A DNA stretch of 63,025 nucleotides, filler included, from Myxococcota bacterium (GTDB lineage: Bacteria; Myxococcota_C; UBA6777): NCBI GenBank assembly GCA_023150835.1. It is 3 parts of 3 records of this genome, joined end to end, with 100 filler letters (N's around TTAATTAATTAA, not from the genome) between each part and the next. Parts side by side here need not be neighbours in the genome. Positions count along the whole stretch, not along the records: positions 1 to 25,270 come from JAKLKB010000103.1; 2 more parts are not named here. One strand, 5' to 3'. Positions 11,401 through 19,603 of this stretch are shown here, piece after piece (the stretch's first letter is position 1; the number at the start of each line of letters is the position of its first letter). A program made the translations under genes and the position numbers. The notes under the pieces are model-generated. The model did not search any database. It had not been told where the DNA came from and was given only the letters and a program-made list of their open reading frames with translations.

Positions 11401-11572
11401 CTTTCCATATCTCGGGGTCTTTTGTGGCAAGATTGAACTTTTTTTCTTTGTATACATCTTGTAAAGAGCCGTAGGATGGGTTGCTTGCGCTTTTGGGCCC
11501 CCCCTCAATGTTGTAGGGATCCTTGCAACCCACAAGGAAAAGCGCCACAAACAAAAACCAACGAAGTTGCAT
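8453..11572 (-). CDS. Lipoprotein with five tandem DsbA-like (thioredoxin-fold) domains
   Basis: GGAGG RBS, then MQLRWFLFVALFLVGC (lipobox). Five EFSDFECP[FY]C active sites, each followed by a GTP[TS] cis-Pro loop. Confidence 0.93.
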   Translation of the reverse strand: MQLRWFLFVALFLVGCKDPYNIEGGPKSASNPSYGSLQDVYKEKKFNLATKDPEIWKVPLGTSPQKGDKNAIVTIVEFSDFECPFCSRGAKTLETLAQQYQGKVRYAFKHFPLSFHKNAHLASQASIEAMRQGKFWQYHDKLFANQRKLQRSHLDRYAREIGLDMARFKEALDKKTHASEVDEDMKLGAQVGVQGTPTAFVNGRLASALTDKDVKGLIDDELERLKPQIAKGQRGDALYNAIIEKGKQREAAPPPRPRDAEDDKPQVIAVGEAPTLGPDDAPVTIVEFSDFECPYCVQGAQAVKKVARAYGDKVRVVFKHYPLGFHFAAKGAATASMAAHQQGKFWAYHDLLFAGQKNLTRPSLLAYARSLELDMDSFTQALDSVSLGNFVDEDIRQGNKIGVRGTPTFFINGQKLSSGLSFSAFKEAIDPILLQKGIKKTDLPEEPGEEITLGNSAWKGAETPLATVVEFSDFECPYCSRAANTLSALAADYKKYVRFVFKHYPLSFHKNAHLASQASIAAQEQGKFWEYHDKLFANQRNLLRADLERYAQEVGLDMDKFKKSLDSGIYKGRVDLEMAEGTRIGVSGTPSFFVEGKKATGVDYKALSQTLNDILSKKGVPPSELPSATEIPLRNSAWKGAKQPLATVVEFSDFECPYCSRAANTLKQLEKTYGRYVRFVFKHYPLSFHKNAHLASQASVAAHAQGKFWEYHDKLFANQRNLLRTDLDRYAQEIGLDMDRFRKALDSGLYKEEVDADMSLGGRFGVGGTPSFYVNNEASQGASFGDIAKKLNDILLAKGVKASELPDFSNIPTQGSAWKGAEKARVTVVEFSDFECPFCSKAALTLQKLATEYKDRVRFVFKHYPLSFHKNAHLASQAAMVAQEQGKFWQYHDKLFANYSKLQRADLERYAQEIGMNVLHLQQSLDAGVYKEAVDKDMEIGERFGVSGTPTFFVNNTRIKSPTYEDLKAAIEAALKAPTPAKTNDPTKAPPSSGSLVPSLDLLKAPAPTTPPPTRSAPKQENCAPGTNNTGTCAPPSRR

Positions 11573-11806
11573 CAACAAAACCTCCATACCGCTTGGATAG
11601 AACAGGATGCGGGCGCACACGCCGCGTAGAGCAGAACAGACGGCAAATACGGGATGCGCGATCCTCGCGCCCAACGGCTGGCAAGATGCACGGATTTTCC
11701 CATCACGTCAAGCCATTCCACAGGTGCCACAACGCTGCGCTATCTCTCTTTTTCCCTTGTTTTTGCACGTTCTCTCTTTTTCCCTTGTTTTACAGGAGAA
11801 TCGACC

Positions 11807-13225
11807 TTGTCGAGCCAGACCGTACGCTTCCTTCACCTTGCCGACGTCCATCTCGGCTATCGTCAGTACAACTCAACCCAACGCGAACATGATTTCTTCC
11901 GCTCTTTTGAAGATGCCATCCGTCGTTATGCGCTTCCTCTCGGTCCCAAAGATCCCCCCCAAGTCGACTTTGTTGTGATCGCAGGCGATCTCTTTGATAG
12001 CCGACAGCTCGAACCTGTCACGCTTTCGCGTGCGACGATCGCTCTTTCATGGCTGCGTGAACACCAGATCCCTGTGTTTGCCATCGAAGGAAACCACGAT
12101 GCCCGTAAACGCGATCAAAGCCCCTGTTGGTACGACTTTTTGTGTGAACAAGACCTGATGATCTTTCTTCGTGATTCCTACGAGCAAGACGCCATCCGCT
12201 TGCGTCCTTGGGATCCTCGGACCAAACAAGGCGGATACTTCGATGTGGGCGAACATCTGCGCGTGATCGGCTCCCATTGGTACGGAGCTTCTTCTTACAA
12301 GGTGATCCCTGCTTTTGCCAAAGCCATCGCTGCTTTGCCCCCCAAGCCATTCAATCTCTTGATGTTTCACGGGGGCCTCTCCGACTACGTTAACGATCTT
12401 TCTGGAGGCGTTGACTACGAGGTGATGCTCAAGCTTCGTCCTCACGTCCGATACCTTGCGCTTGGGCATATCCACAAACAATACAGCGAAGAAAATTGGC
12501 TGTTTAACCCCGGTAGTCTCGAAGTCAGCAAATCCCGAGAATACGAGGAGATTCACGGAGCTTACGTTGCAGAAGTGACGTTCCCTGAAGCGGCTTTGCG
12601 TGTCACCCACCGCACCGATTACCTCAAACGCCCCTTTGTTCGGCTGTTGATCCCTTGTGAACCCCACCCTACCCCGGAAGCTCTCAAAGCGGCGATCCTC
12701 CAAACCGTCGAAGTCGAGGGGGTCGCCAAGATCCAACAGGAAAAGCAGGCGTGGCCAAGCGATGCGGAATTCCCCCTCCCTTTTGTCCACCTCTATCTCT
12801 CTGGAAAGCTCACATTCCCTTATTCAAGCCTTTCTATTCAAGAACTCGAAAAGCAGATCGTTGAAACGTACGGCTTTGAACACGTCCGCTTTACCAACGA
12901 CACCCAGCCCGTCGACTACCAGCCCCAAGAAGAATATCCCCGCGATGAGAACGGACACATCGACCGTATCGCCCTCGAACAGCGCATCTTTCGCGATCTG
13001 ATCGAAAAAGATACCCGATACGCCGAACAATCCGCCTCTCTCGCACGCTTTGCCGCTGATCTCAAAGACACTCTCTTGCGCGATTCTCTCGAACAAGAAC
13101 ACGAACAAGCCGCGCTGCTCCAAAAACTACAGTCCCTTTTGGAACCTCTCCAAGCCCCTTCTCTCGAAGTCGCTCAAGCCCCTTCTCTCGAAGTCGCTCA
13201 AGCCCCTTCTCCTCACGAAAATTGA
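11807..13225 (+). CDS. sbcD: SbcD/Mre11-family DNA repair metallophosphoesterase nuclease
   Basis: HLADVHLG, AGDLFD, IEGNHD, ALGHIH and NPGSLE motifs; AGGAG RBS before the TTG at 11807. Confidence 0.88.
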   Translation: MSSQTVRFLHLADVHLGYRQYNSTQREHDFFRSFEDAIRRYALPLGPKDPPQVDFVVIAGDLFDSRQLEPVTLSRATIALSWLREHQIPVFAIEGNHDARKRDQSPCWYDFLCEQDLMIFLRDSYEQDAIRLRPWDPRTKQGGYFDVGEHLRVIGSHWYGASSYKVIPAFAKAIAALPPKPFNLLMFHGGLSDYVNDLSGGVDYEVMLKLRPHVRYLALGHIHKQYSEENWLFNPGSLEVSKSREYEEIHGAYVAEVTFPEAALRVTHRTDYLKRPFVRLLIPCEPHPTPEALKAAILQTVEVEGVAKIQQEKQAWPSDAEFPLPFVHLYLSGKLTFPYSSLSIQELEKQIVETYGFEHVRFTNDTQPVDYQPQEEYPRDENGHIDRIALEQRIFRDLIEKDTRYAEQSASLARFAADLKDTLLRDSLEQEHEQAALLQKLQSLLEPLQAPSLEVAQAPSLEVAQAPSPHEN

Positions 13226-13482
13226 CACCTCTCCACGCTTTCTCACCACAAAACAAGAAAAATCGCTTGCTTTCTTTCCTCCTCGTGTGTTTCAAGTGGG
13301 CAACGCCGCATCGGCGATATCGTTGTTGCCAAAGTACTGACCTTGTGCTAGACCTTGCCTTTTGCCATACAACAAACCGCCTAGCGTACACCCTGAGACT
13401 GTTCTTCTTTTGGCACCCGGGCAGCGGGATGCGTTTTCTACCGTGGTAGGCTGCTCTGGCGGAGCATAGAAAGGAACGCGAT

Positions 13483-13788
13483 ATGGAGATCACCGAAGTC
13501 AAAATCTTCCCCGTCCAAGAAGACAAACTCAAAGCCTACGTCACCATCACACTCAACGATTGCTTTATCGTCCGCGATCTCAAGATCATCCAAGGCAAAC
13601 ACGGGATGTTTGTTGCCATGCCCAGCAAAAAAACCAAAGACGGGCAGTTCAAAGATATCGCTCATCCCCTCAACAGCAACACCCGCCAACAGATGGAGCA
13701 GATGATCCTTGATGTCTATGAACGCGAGATGAACGCACAAAAATCACGCGAAGAATCAAAAACTTCTCAACTTGGTGTTGACAACTGA
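13483..13788 (+). CDS. spoVG: Septation regulator SpoVG
   Basis: MEITEVKIFP...LKAYVTITLNDCFIVRDLKII...FVAMPS...FKDIAHPLN. Confidence 0.96.
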   Translation: MEITEVKIFPVQEDKLKAYVTITLNDCFIVRDLKIIQGKHGMFVAMPSKKTKDGQFKDIAHPLNSNTRQQMEQMILDVYEREMNAQKSREESKTSQLGVDN

Positions 13789-13806
13789 CAAGCTCGTGGG
13801 TATATA
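13778..13806 (+). promoter_or_regulatory. Possible sigma-70 promoter for tRNA-Gln
   Basis: TTGACA-17 nt-TATATA about 40 nt upstream of the tRNA; the -10 box is imperfect. Confidence 0.45.
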
Positions 13807-13846
13807 CCCACACCGTGCTCGCAATGAGAGAATCGTTCCTGCACGT

Positions 13847-13918
13847 TGGGGCGTCGGCAAGTGGTAAGCCATCGGGTTTTGGGTCCGACATCCCTAGGTT
13901 CGAATCCTAGCGCCCCAG
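13847..13918 (+). tRNA. tRNA-Gln(TTG)
   Basis: Acceptor stem TGGGGCG/CGCCCCA, D arm GGC-AAGTGGTAA-GCC, anticodon arm TCGGG-TTTTGGG-TCCGA, T arm CTAGG-TTCGAAT-CCTAG; CCA not encoded. Confidence 0.95.
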
Positions 13919-13936
13919 TCAACGAGTCCCCCCCCC

Positions 13937-13973
13937 AAAAAAACCTGTCAAATCCCTTGACAGGTTTTTTTTT
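13937..13973 (+). terminator. Intrinsic (bidirectional-looking) terminator after the tRNA
   Basis: AAAAAAACCTGTCAA-atccc-TTGACAGGTTTTTTTTT hairpin with U-tract. Confidence 0.85.
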
Positions 13974-14072
13974 GTCTTCTGTCGTCCTTTTTCTCTTCTA
14001 CCCATCCTTCAAGACACCCACACCCCCAAACTCCCACACCCAGAAAAAATTGCGTATCTGGCGAAAATCTAC

Positions 14073-14101
14073 TTGCAATCTCACAAAAGATTCACTATCC
14101 T
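14073..14101 (+). promoter_or_regulatory. Possible sigma-70 promoter for rplY-pth
   Basis: TTGCAA-17 nt-TATCCT. Confidence 0.5.
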
Positions 14102-14281
14102 CTCGCCCCTCTTGGAGTGCTTTTTCTGGCAAGCCCATGATCCGCCAGAGTTTCATCACATCAAACCCACCTGTGTGGGTCTTGCGCCCTCTCTTGGCGT
14201 GTGTTCAATGAACGCTCACTCAGAGGACAACCCCACAGGCAAAGTACGTTGCGTATCTCGTCGTAAGGAGACCATCGAGTC

Positions 14282-14839
14282 ATGGAACAAGTGATCTTGT
14301 CCGCTATCCCCCGCACCGAAACTGGCAAAAGCGCAGCACGCAGCTTGCGCAAAAAAGGGCAGATCCCCGCCCTTGCTTACGCGGGTGGTGCGGCCCCTCT
14401 TCATTTTTCGGTTGACCCTGTCGAGCTGCTCAAACAGCTCCGCAACAAGGGCAAAAACACTCTGCTTACGTTGCAAAGCGACAATGCAGCCCTTCACAAC
14501 AAAACCTTGATGTTGCGCGAACTGCAGCGGAATGCTTTGAACCGATCTCCCATCCACGTCGACTTTGCCATCGTCGATCCACAAAAACCCGTCCAAGCCA
14601 CCATCAAATTGAGCTACACAGGCAAGGCCGCAGGTGTGGCGCTTGGTGGAGTCACTACGATCCATCACACTGCCTTGCGCGTGAGCTGCATCCCCGCGTT
14701 GATCCCCACAGATCGGACCTTGGATGTGTCTGACCTTGGTCTTGGCCAACGCATCACCGTAGCATCACTCGGCCTTGCCGAGGGCATCGCTCCCGTCGGT
14801 GGCAACGATCTGGTTCTTGTTTCGGTAAGCGAAGGCTAA
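14282..14839 (+). CDS. rplY: 50S ribosomal protein L25/Ctc
   Basis: GKSAARSLRKKGQIPALAY, LQR...PIHVDF, AGVALGG; lies next to pth. Confidence 0.95.
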   Translation: MEQVILSAIPRTETGKSAARSLRKKGQIPALAYAGGAAPLHFSVDPVELLKQLRNKGKNTLLTLQSDNAALHNKTLMLRELQRNALNRSPIHVDFAIVDPQKPVQATIKLSYTGKAAGVALGGVTTIHHTALRVSCIPALIPTDRTLDVSDLGLGQRITVASLGLAEGIAPVGGNDLVLVSVSEG

Positions 14840-14853
14840 TTAAGAAGAAAAAG

Positions 14854-15450
14854 ATGCGGGTCATCATCGGTTTAGGGAATCCCGGCGCACGCTATGCAAA
14901 CGATCGCCACAACATCGGCTTCCAATTGGTCGATGTGTTGGCGCAACGATGGTATGCACCCCCCGCCAAAGCGCGTTTTCAAGCTCTGATCTCACAAACA
15001 GAGCTTGACAATCAGTCCGTTTTGCTCGTACAACCCCAAACCTACATGAACCTGAGCGGTCAGGCTGTTGCTGCGATCTCTTCTTTCTATCAAGTCCCCA
15101 CCGAGCATCTCTTGGTGATCCATGACGAATTGGACCTACCGTTCGCTCAACTTCGCCTCAAACAAGGCGGTGGTGACGGCGGACATCGCGGACTCCGTTC
15201 GCTCAACACAGAACTCGGAACGAATCAATACGCCCGACTCCGTTTTGGCATCGGACGACCCGAAGATCCAGCAGACGCTATCGCAGACTTTGTCCTTCAT
15301 CCCTTTTCGGAAACTCAACAAACCATGATCCCCAATCTTCTCGATACTTGCGCGGAGATCGTGGAGTGTTGGTGCCGCGAAGGAACGCTCAAAGCGATGA
15401 ACTTGTGGAACCAAAAAAAGCCGCCCCTGCCCACAATACCGTCTCTTTGA
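14854..15450 (+). CDS. pth: Peptidyl-tRNA hydrolase
   Basis: IIGLGNPG, RHNIGF, PQTYMNLSG, IHDELDLP, GGHRGLRS, RLRFGIGRP. Confidence 0.97.
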   Translation: MRVIIGLGNPGARYANDRHNIGFQLVDVLAQRWYAPPAKARFQALISQTELDNQSVLLVQPQTYMNLSGQAVAAISSFYQVPTEHLLVIHDELDLPFAQLRLKQGGGDGGHRGLRSLNTELGTNQYARLRFGIGRPEDPADAIADFVLHPFSETQQTMIPNLLDTCAEIVECWCREGTLKAMNLWNQKKPPLPTIPSL

Positions 15451-15631
15451 GATCAGCCCCTCCCATCTCACCGTCGATCCGTTGCGCATCAGCCTCTCTG
15501 GGGATGGATGCGATCCATTGCTCGCCTTGATTTGGAAAAGCCCTTGAATCGGGTGTTTTGGGCTCGGACAGAAGTGAAGCTGTTAACACGTTATGGGGCA
15601 AAGCAAACGCAACGAAATTGAGGAGTGTTCT

Positions 15632-18118
15632 ATGTTTTGGTTTCTCATCTTGGCGTGTATCGTTCTCGGATTCGCCGGCCTCTACTTTGCGTGGGGGCGC
15701 ACCCAATGGATTCAAAAGCAAGACGCAGGCAACGACCGTATGAAGGAGATCGCACAGCACATCTCCAGCGGCGCGATCGCCTTCCTTCGCCGTGAAGGCC
15801 AAGTCTTGATGCTTTTTGTTTTGGTGGTCTTCTTGATCCTGTTTTGGGCCAACTATGGCGGTGGAAACACCAGCGGTTGGGTCGCCGTCTCTTTCTTGGT
15901 CGGTGCAGCCTTGTCCTTTGGCTCAGGATTCGCCGGGATGACCGTTGCCACCAAAGCCAACGTCCGCACCACCGCAGCCGCTCGTGAAAGCCTCAACAAA
16001 GCCCTCGAAGTCGCTTTTTCGGGTGGTTCCGTGATGGGGATGACGGTGGCAGGGTTGGGCCTCGTCGGAATCAGCGTTCTGATGGGATTTTTTGCATTGA
16101 ACTTTGATTATCAAAGCGCCAACGGGATGCAGTTGCTGCTTTCGGTGGTTTCGGGCTTTTCGCTGGGTGCTTCTTCGATCGCGTTGTTTGCTCGTGTCGG
16201 TGGTGGGATCTACACCAAAGCCGCTGACGTTGGTGCAGACCTTGTCGGTAAAGTTGAAGCAGGCATCCCCGAAGACGATCCCCGTAACCCCGCTGTGATC
16301 GCCGATAACGTTGGTGACAACGTCGGTGACGTCGCAGGGATGGGCGCTGACCTGTTTGAATCCTATGTCGGCGCGATCATCGGTGCGATGGTTCTCGCTG
16401 CGGCCATTACCATCCCCGGCAACAAAAGCGACCGCGTCGTCTTGTACCCTGTCCTTTTGCCCCTCGCCATCGCAGCCGTCGGTATTTTGATGTCGATCGG
16501 TGGAACCCGCTTTGTCAAAACCACCGAAGACGGAAACCCCCAATGGGCCTTGACTCTTGGAACGCTTGTGGCCGCCGTCAGTACGGGTGTTGGAACCGCT
16601 GTTTTGTGTTGGTTCTTGCCTGCAAAAATGACCCTGATGGGCGTTGATTTCACCCGATGGGGCGTGTTTTTCGCTGTCGTCGCTGGCCTTGTCGCAGGAG
16701 CTGCCATCGGCTTCCTCTCCGAACTCTACACTTCCTTCGATCACAAACCCGTGAAGAAGATCGCCAAACAGTCCGAAACAGGCCCCGCCACCAACATCAT
16801 CTCCGGCCTCTCGGTGGGTATGCAGTCGACCGCTGCACCTGTGATCGTGATCGTGATCGCCATCGTCGTTTCTTACCAATCTGCCGGCCTCTACGGTATC
16901 GCTATCGCTGCTCTCGGGATGCTTTCTACCACAGGCATCCAACTTGCCGTCGATGCGTACGGACCCATCGCTGATAACGCCGGTGGGATCGCTGAAATGG
17001 CTGCACTCCCCCACGAAGTTCGGGAGCGTACCGATAAGTTGGACGCTGTTGGAAATACCACCGCAGCCATCGGAAAAGGCTTTGCCATCGGTTCGGCTGC
17101 TTTGACTGCCCTTGCGCTGTTTGCGGCATTCCGCTCGGTAGTCGAACAATCTACCGGCGTACCTTTGAAACTTGATATCTCGGATACTGCTGTCATGGCA
17201 GGTCTCTTTCTCGGTGGGATGTTGCCCTTCCTCTTCTCCTCCCTTGCGATGGATGCTGTCGGCGAAGCTGCACAATCCATGATCGAAGAAGTCCGCCGCC
17301 AGTTCCGCGAGATCCCCGGCCTCAAAGAAGGTAAGCCCGGTGTGGTTGGTGAATACGCCAAATGCGTCGATATCTCCACACAAGCCTCGATTCGCAAGAT
17401 GGTTCTTCCCGGTCTTCTCGCCGTGATCGCGCCTGTCGTCGTCGGACTTTGGAGCTTGGCTGCCCTTGGTGGCCTTCTTGCGGGCGTCACCGTCTCGGGC
17501 GTCTTGATGGCGCTCTTTATGTCCAACGCTGGTGGCGCTTGGGACAACGCGAAAAAGTATATCGAGAAAGGCGCGCATGGTGGAAAAGGCTCCGATGCCC
17601 ATAAAGCCGCAGTCACGGGAGATACCGTCGGTGACCCCTTCAAAGATACCGCTGGACCCGCCCTCAACATCTTGATCAAGTTGATCAGCGTGATCGCCCT
17701 TGTTGCGGCCCCCGCCCTCGCGAAACTCCATGTTGACGCAAACCCCAAAACACCCGCTCCTGCGAAACGCGCAGAAGTGAAACCCACAACCCCCGCAAAG
17801 GCCGCACAACCCACCCTGCGCACTTCTGTCCCCGCACCTGTTCGCCCTGTGGTGGCTCCCGCGCCTGTGCGTCCCGTGGTTGCTCCCGCTCCCGCGCCTG
17901 TGCGTCCCGTGGTTGCTCCCGCTCCCGCGCCTGTGCGTCCCGTGGTTGCTCCCGCTCCCGCGCCTGTGCGTCCCGTGGTTGCTCCCGCTCCCGCGCCTGT
18001 TCGCCCTGTCGTCGCTCCTACACCTGCGCCTGTTCGCCCTGTCGTCGCTCCCACACCCGCCCCTGTGCGCCCTGTGGCTGCGCCCTCTAGCCAACCCGCC
18101 ATCCCGCCCAAGAAATAA
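15632..18118 (+). CDS. hppA: Membrane-bound K+-dependent (probably Na+-translocating) pyrophosphatase with a Pro-rich C-terminal tail
   Basis: [31 protein letters not shown] and [15 protein letters not shown] (Ala marks the K+-dependent type); GAGGAG RBS. Confidence 0.96.
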   Translation: MFWFLILACIVLGFAGLYFAWGRTQWIQKQDAGNDRMKEIAQHISSGAIAFLRREGQVLMLFVLVVFLILFWANYGGGNTSGWVAVSFLVGAALSFGSGFAGMTVATKANVRTTAAARESLNKALEVAFSGGSVMGMTVAGLGLVGISVLMGFFALNFDYQSANGMQLLLSVVSGFSLGASSIALFARVGGGIYTKAADVGADLVGKVEAGIPEDDPRNPAVIADNVGDNVGDVAGMGADLFESYVGAIIGAMVLAAAITIPGNKSDRVVLYPVLLPLAIAAVGILMSIGGTRFVKTTEDGNPQWALTLGTLVAAVSTGVGTAVLCWFLPAKMTLMGVDFTRWGVFFAVVAGLVAGAAIGFLSELYTSFDHKPVKKIAKQSETGPATNIISGLSVGMQSTAAPVIVIVIAIVVSYQSAGLYGIAIAALGMLSTTGIQLAVDAYGPIADNAGGIAEMAALPHEVRERTDKLDAVGNTTAAIGKGFAIGSAALTALALFAAFRSVVEQSTGVPLKLDISDTAVMAGLFLGGMLPFLFSSLAMDAVGEAAQSMIEEVRRQFREIPGLKEGKPGVVGEYAKCVDISTQASIRKMVLPGLLAVIAPVVVGLWSLAALGGLLAGVTVSGVLMALFMSNAGGAWDNAKKYIEKGAHGGKGSDAHKAAVTGDTVGDPFKDTAGPALNILIKLISVIALVAAPALAKLHVDANPKTPAPAKRAEVKPTTPAKAAQPTLRTSVPAPVRPVVAPAPVRPVVAPAPAPVRPVVAPAPAPVRPVVAPAPAPVRPVVAPAPAPVRPVVAPTPAPVRPVVAPTPAPVRPVAAPSSQPAIPPKK
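17830..18085 (+). repeat. Coding tandem repeat (PA)PAPVRPVVA x8 in the hppA tail
   Basis: 27/33-bp units visible in the DNA and protein. Confidence 0.9.
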
Positions 18119-18264
18119 GCCTCTTGGATTGTTGTGCGGCTTTTCCTCGTCCCGTCGAGCGTTGCTTGGCGGGATATTTGTTTGACTTCTGCTCTGCTCT
18201 CCTGTTCGACCCGTCCATCGGGATGGATGAGCATGAAAAACTGCGCACGTTATCGTGCCCCTCA

Positions 18265-18312
18265 CTCCTTGCCCGCACTTGCCCACGCGGGCCGTCTAAG
18301 TCCAAAAGGAGG
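18265..18312 (+). promoter_or_regulatory. S6:S18-binding ribosomal protein leader (rpsF leader)
   Basis: CTCCTT-GCCCGC..GCGGGC-CG-TCTAAGTCCA-AAAGGAG: outer stem sequesters the SD, inner stem is followed by the conserved CCG, matching the described S6:S18 leader. Confidence 0.8.
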
Positions 18313-18317
18313 CTCTC

Positions 18318-18854
18318 TTGGAAACCCCGAAGTACCGTAAATACGAAACAATCTACATGTTGCGTCCCAACGTCACCGAAGATGTGATCAAAAAAACCAA
18401 TGAACGCATCTTTGATATCATCAACAACAAAGGAAAGCTCCTTGTTGTCGATAACTGGGGCCTCCGCAAGACGGCTTATCCCGTCCAAAAACAACACAAA
18501 GCCTATTTCTTTCATTTGACCTATGCGGGCTCTCCCGGTTTGGTCGCTGACGTCGAACTCCAATGCCGCATCGCTGAAGACGTGATGAAGCACCACAGCG
18601 TCAAGATCGCAGACACCGTCCCTGCCGAAGAACTCGAAAAAGAAGTTGAATTCAAAGCGACCTCGCGCTCGGATGACGGCGGACAAGGTCGTGGACGGCG
18701 CGGTGATCGTGGCGATCGCGGCGGCGATCGCGGTGGCGATCGCGGTGGTGATCGCGGTGGTGATCGCGGTGGTGATCGTGGTGATCGCGGTGGTGATCGT
18801 GGTGATCGCGGTGGTCGCGGCGGTCGTCGTCGCGATGAGGACATGGACGAATAA
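18318..18854 (+). CDS. rpsF: 30S ribosomal protein S6 with a GDRG-repeat C-terminal extension
   Basis: RKYETIYMLRP, VDNWGLRKTAYPV; TTG start after AGGAGG. Confidence 0.95.
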   Translation: METPKYRKYETIYMLRPNVTEDVIKKTNERIFDIINNKGKLLVVDNWGLRKTAYPVQKQHKAYFFHLTYAGSPGLVADVELQCRIAEDVMKHHSVKIADTVPAEELEKEVEFKATSRSDDGGQGRGRRGDRGDRGGDRGGDRGGDRGGDRGGDRGDRGGDRGDRGGRGGRRRDEDMDE

Positions 18855-18925
18855 TAACCTACTATCGCGCTTTTTTGCGAAGGGATCCCCTTCCAGCGCG
18901 GTGGCTTGATTCGGAGGAGACTCCT

Positions 18926-19375
18926 GTGAAAGTTATCTTGAAAGAAGAACTGAGTGGTTTCGGCAAAGCCGGCCAGATCATCAAAGTGGCCCCCGGCTAT
19001 GCCCGAAACTATCTCTTTCCCCGCGATATCGCTGCGCTTGCGACAGAAAACAACTTGCGCCGCCTCGAACATGAGCGCCGCTTGATCGCGCAGCGCCAAG
19101 AAAAAGCCCGTCGTGAGGCCAGCTCCCTCGCCGACAAACTCAAAGATCACTCGATCACGCTTTATCGCCAAGTCGGTGATGAACAAGAAGAGCGCATCTT
19201 TGGCTCCGTCACCACACGCGATATCGCCGAAGCCCTCCGACAAAACGGCTTTAAGATCAGCCGCCGTCAAATCCGCTTCGACGAAAACGTCCGTACCCTC
19301 GGAACTTACGAGTGTAGCATCAAGCTGCACAGCGACGTGACGGTCCCCCTCAAAGTCTGGGTTGTCAAAGAGTAG
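18926..19375 (+). CDS. rplI: 50S ribosomal protein L9
   Basis: VKVILKEE...GQIIKVAPGYARNYLFP, IFGSVT; GTG start after GGAGGAG. Confidence 0.97.
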   Translation: MKVILKEELSGFGKAGQIIKVAPGYARNYLFPRDIAALATENNLRRLEHERRLIAQRQEKARREASSLADKLKDHSITLYRQVGDEQEERIFGSVTTRDIAEALRQNGFKISRRQIRFDENVRTLGTYECSIKLHSDVTVPLKVWVVKE

Positions 19376-19603
19376 TCCCCCTTTCTCTTTTCTACCCTTC
19401 CCCGCGATCCTCCTTGGATCTTCTCGACTTTCTTTTCTCACCTTCCCCTCGACCTTCTCTCGGTCCCCATCTCTCGAAGCGTGGCATTTTCTCTCCGTCT
19501 GGCCTGAATTTGCCGACTTTGTTGTTGGCTGCGCCTTGCCTTCTTTCTTGGGGGCGCAGATCATCGAACGCCCTTTCTGTGTTCTTTTGTTGAGGAGCCT
19601 CCC

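Noticed and set aside
15923-18286. 787-aa and 447-aa antisense ORFs over hppA (similarly 18521-20113, 40978-42528, 37083-38555)
   Set aside because: Shadow ORFs of well-supported genes in GC-rich, biased sequence; no motifs.
19376-19500. Polypyrimidine tract between rplI and dnaB as an ncRNA or ORF
   Set aside because: No stable structure or credible coding signal; consistent with the local C/T skew.
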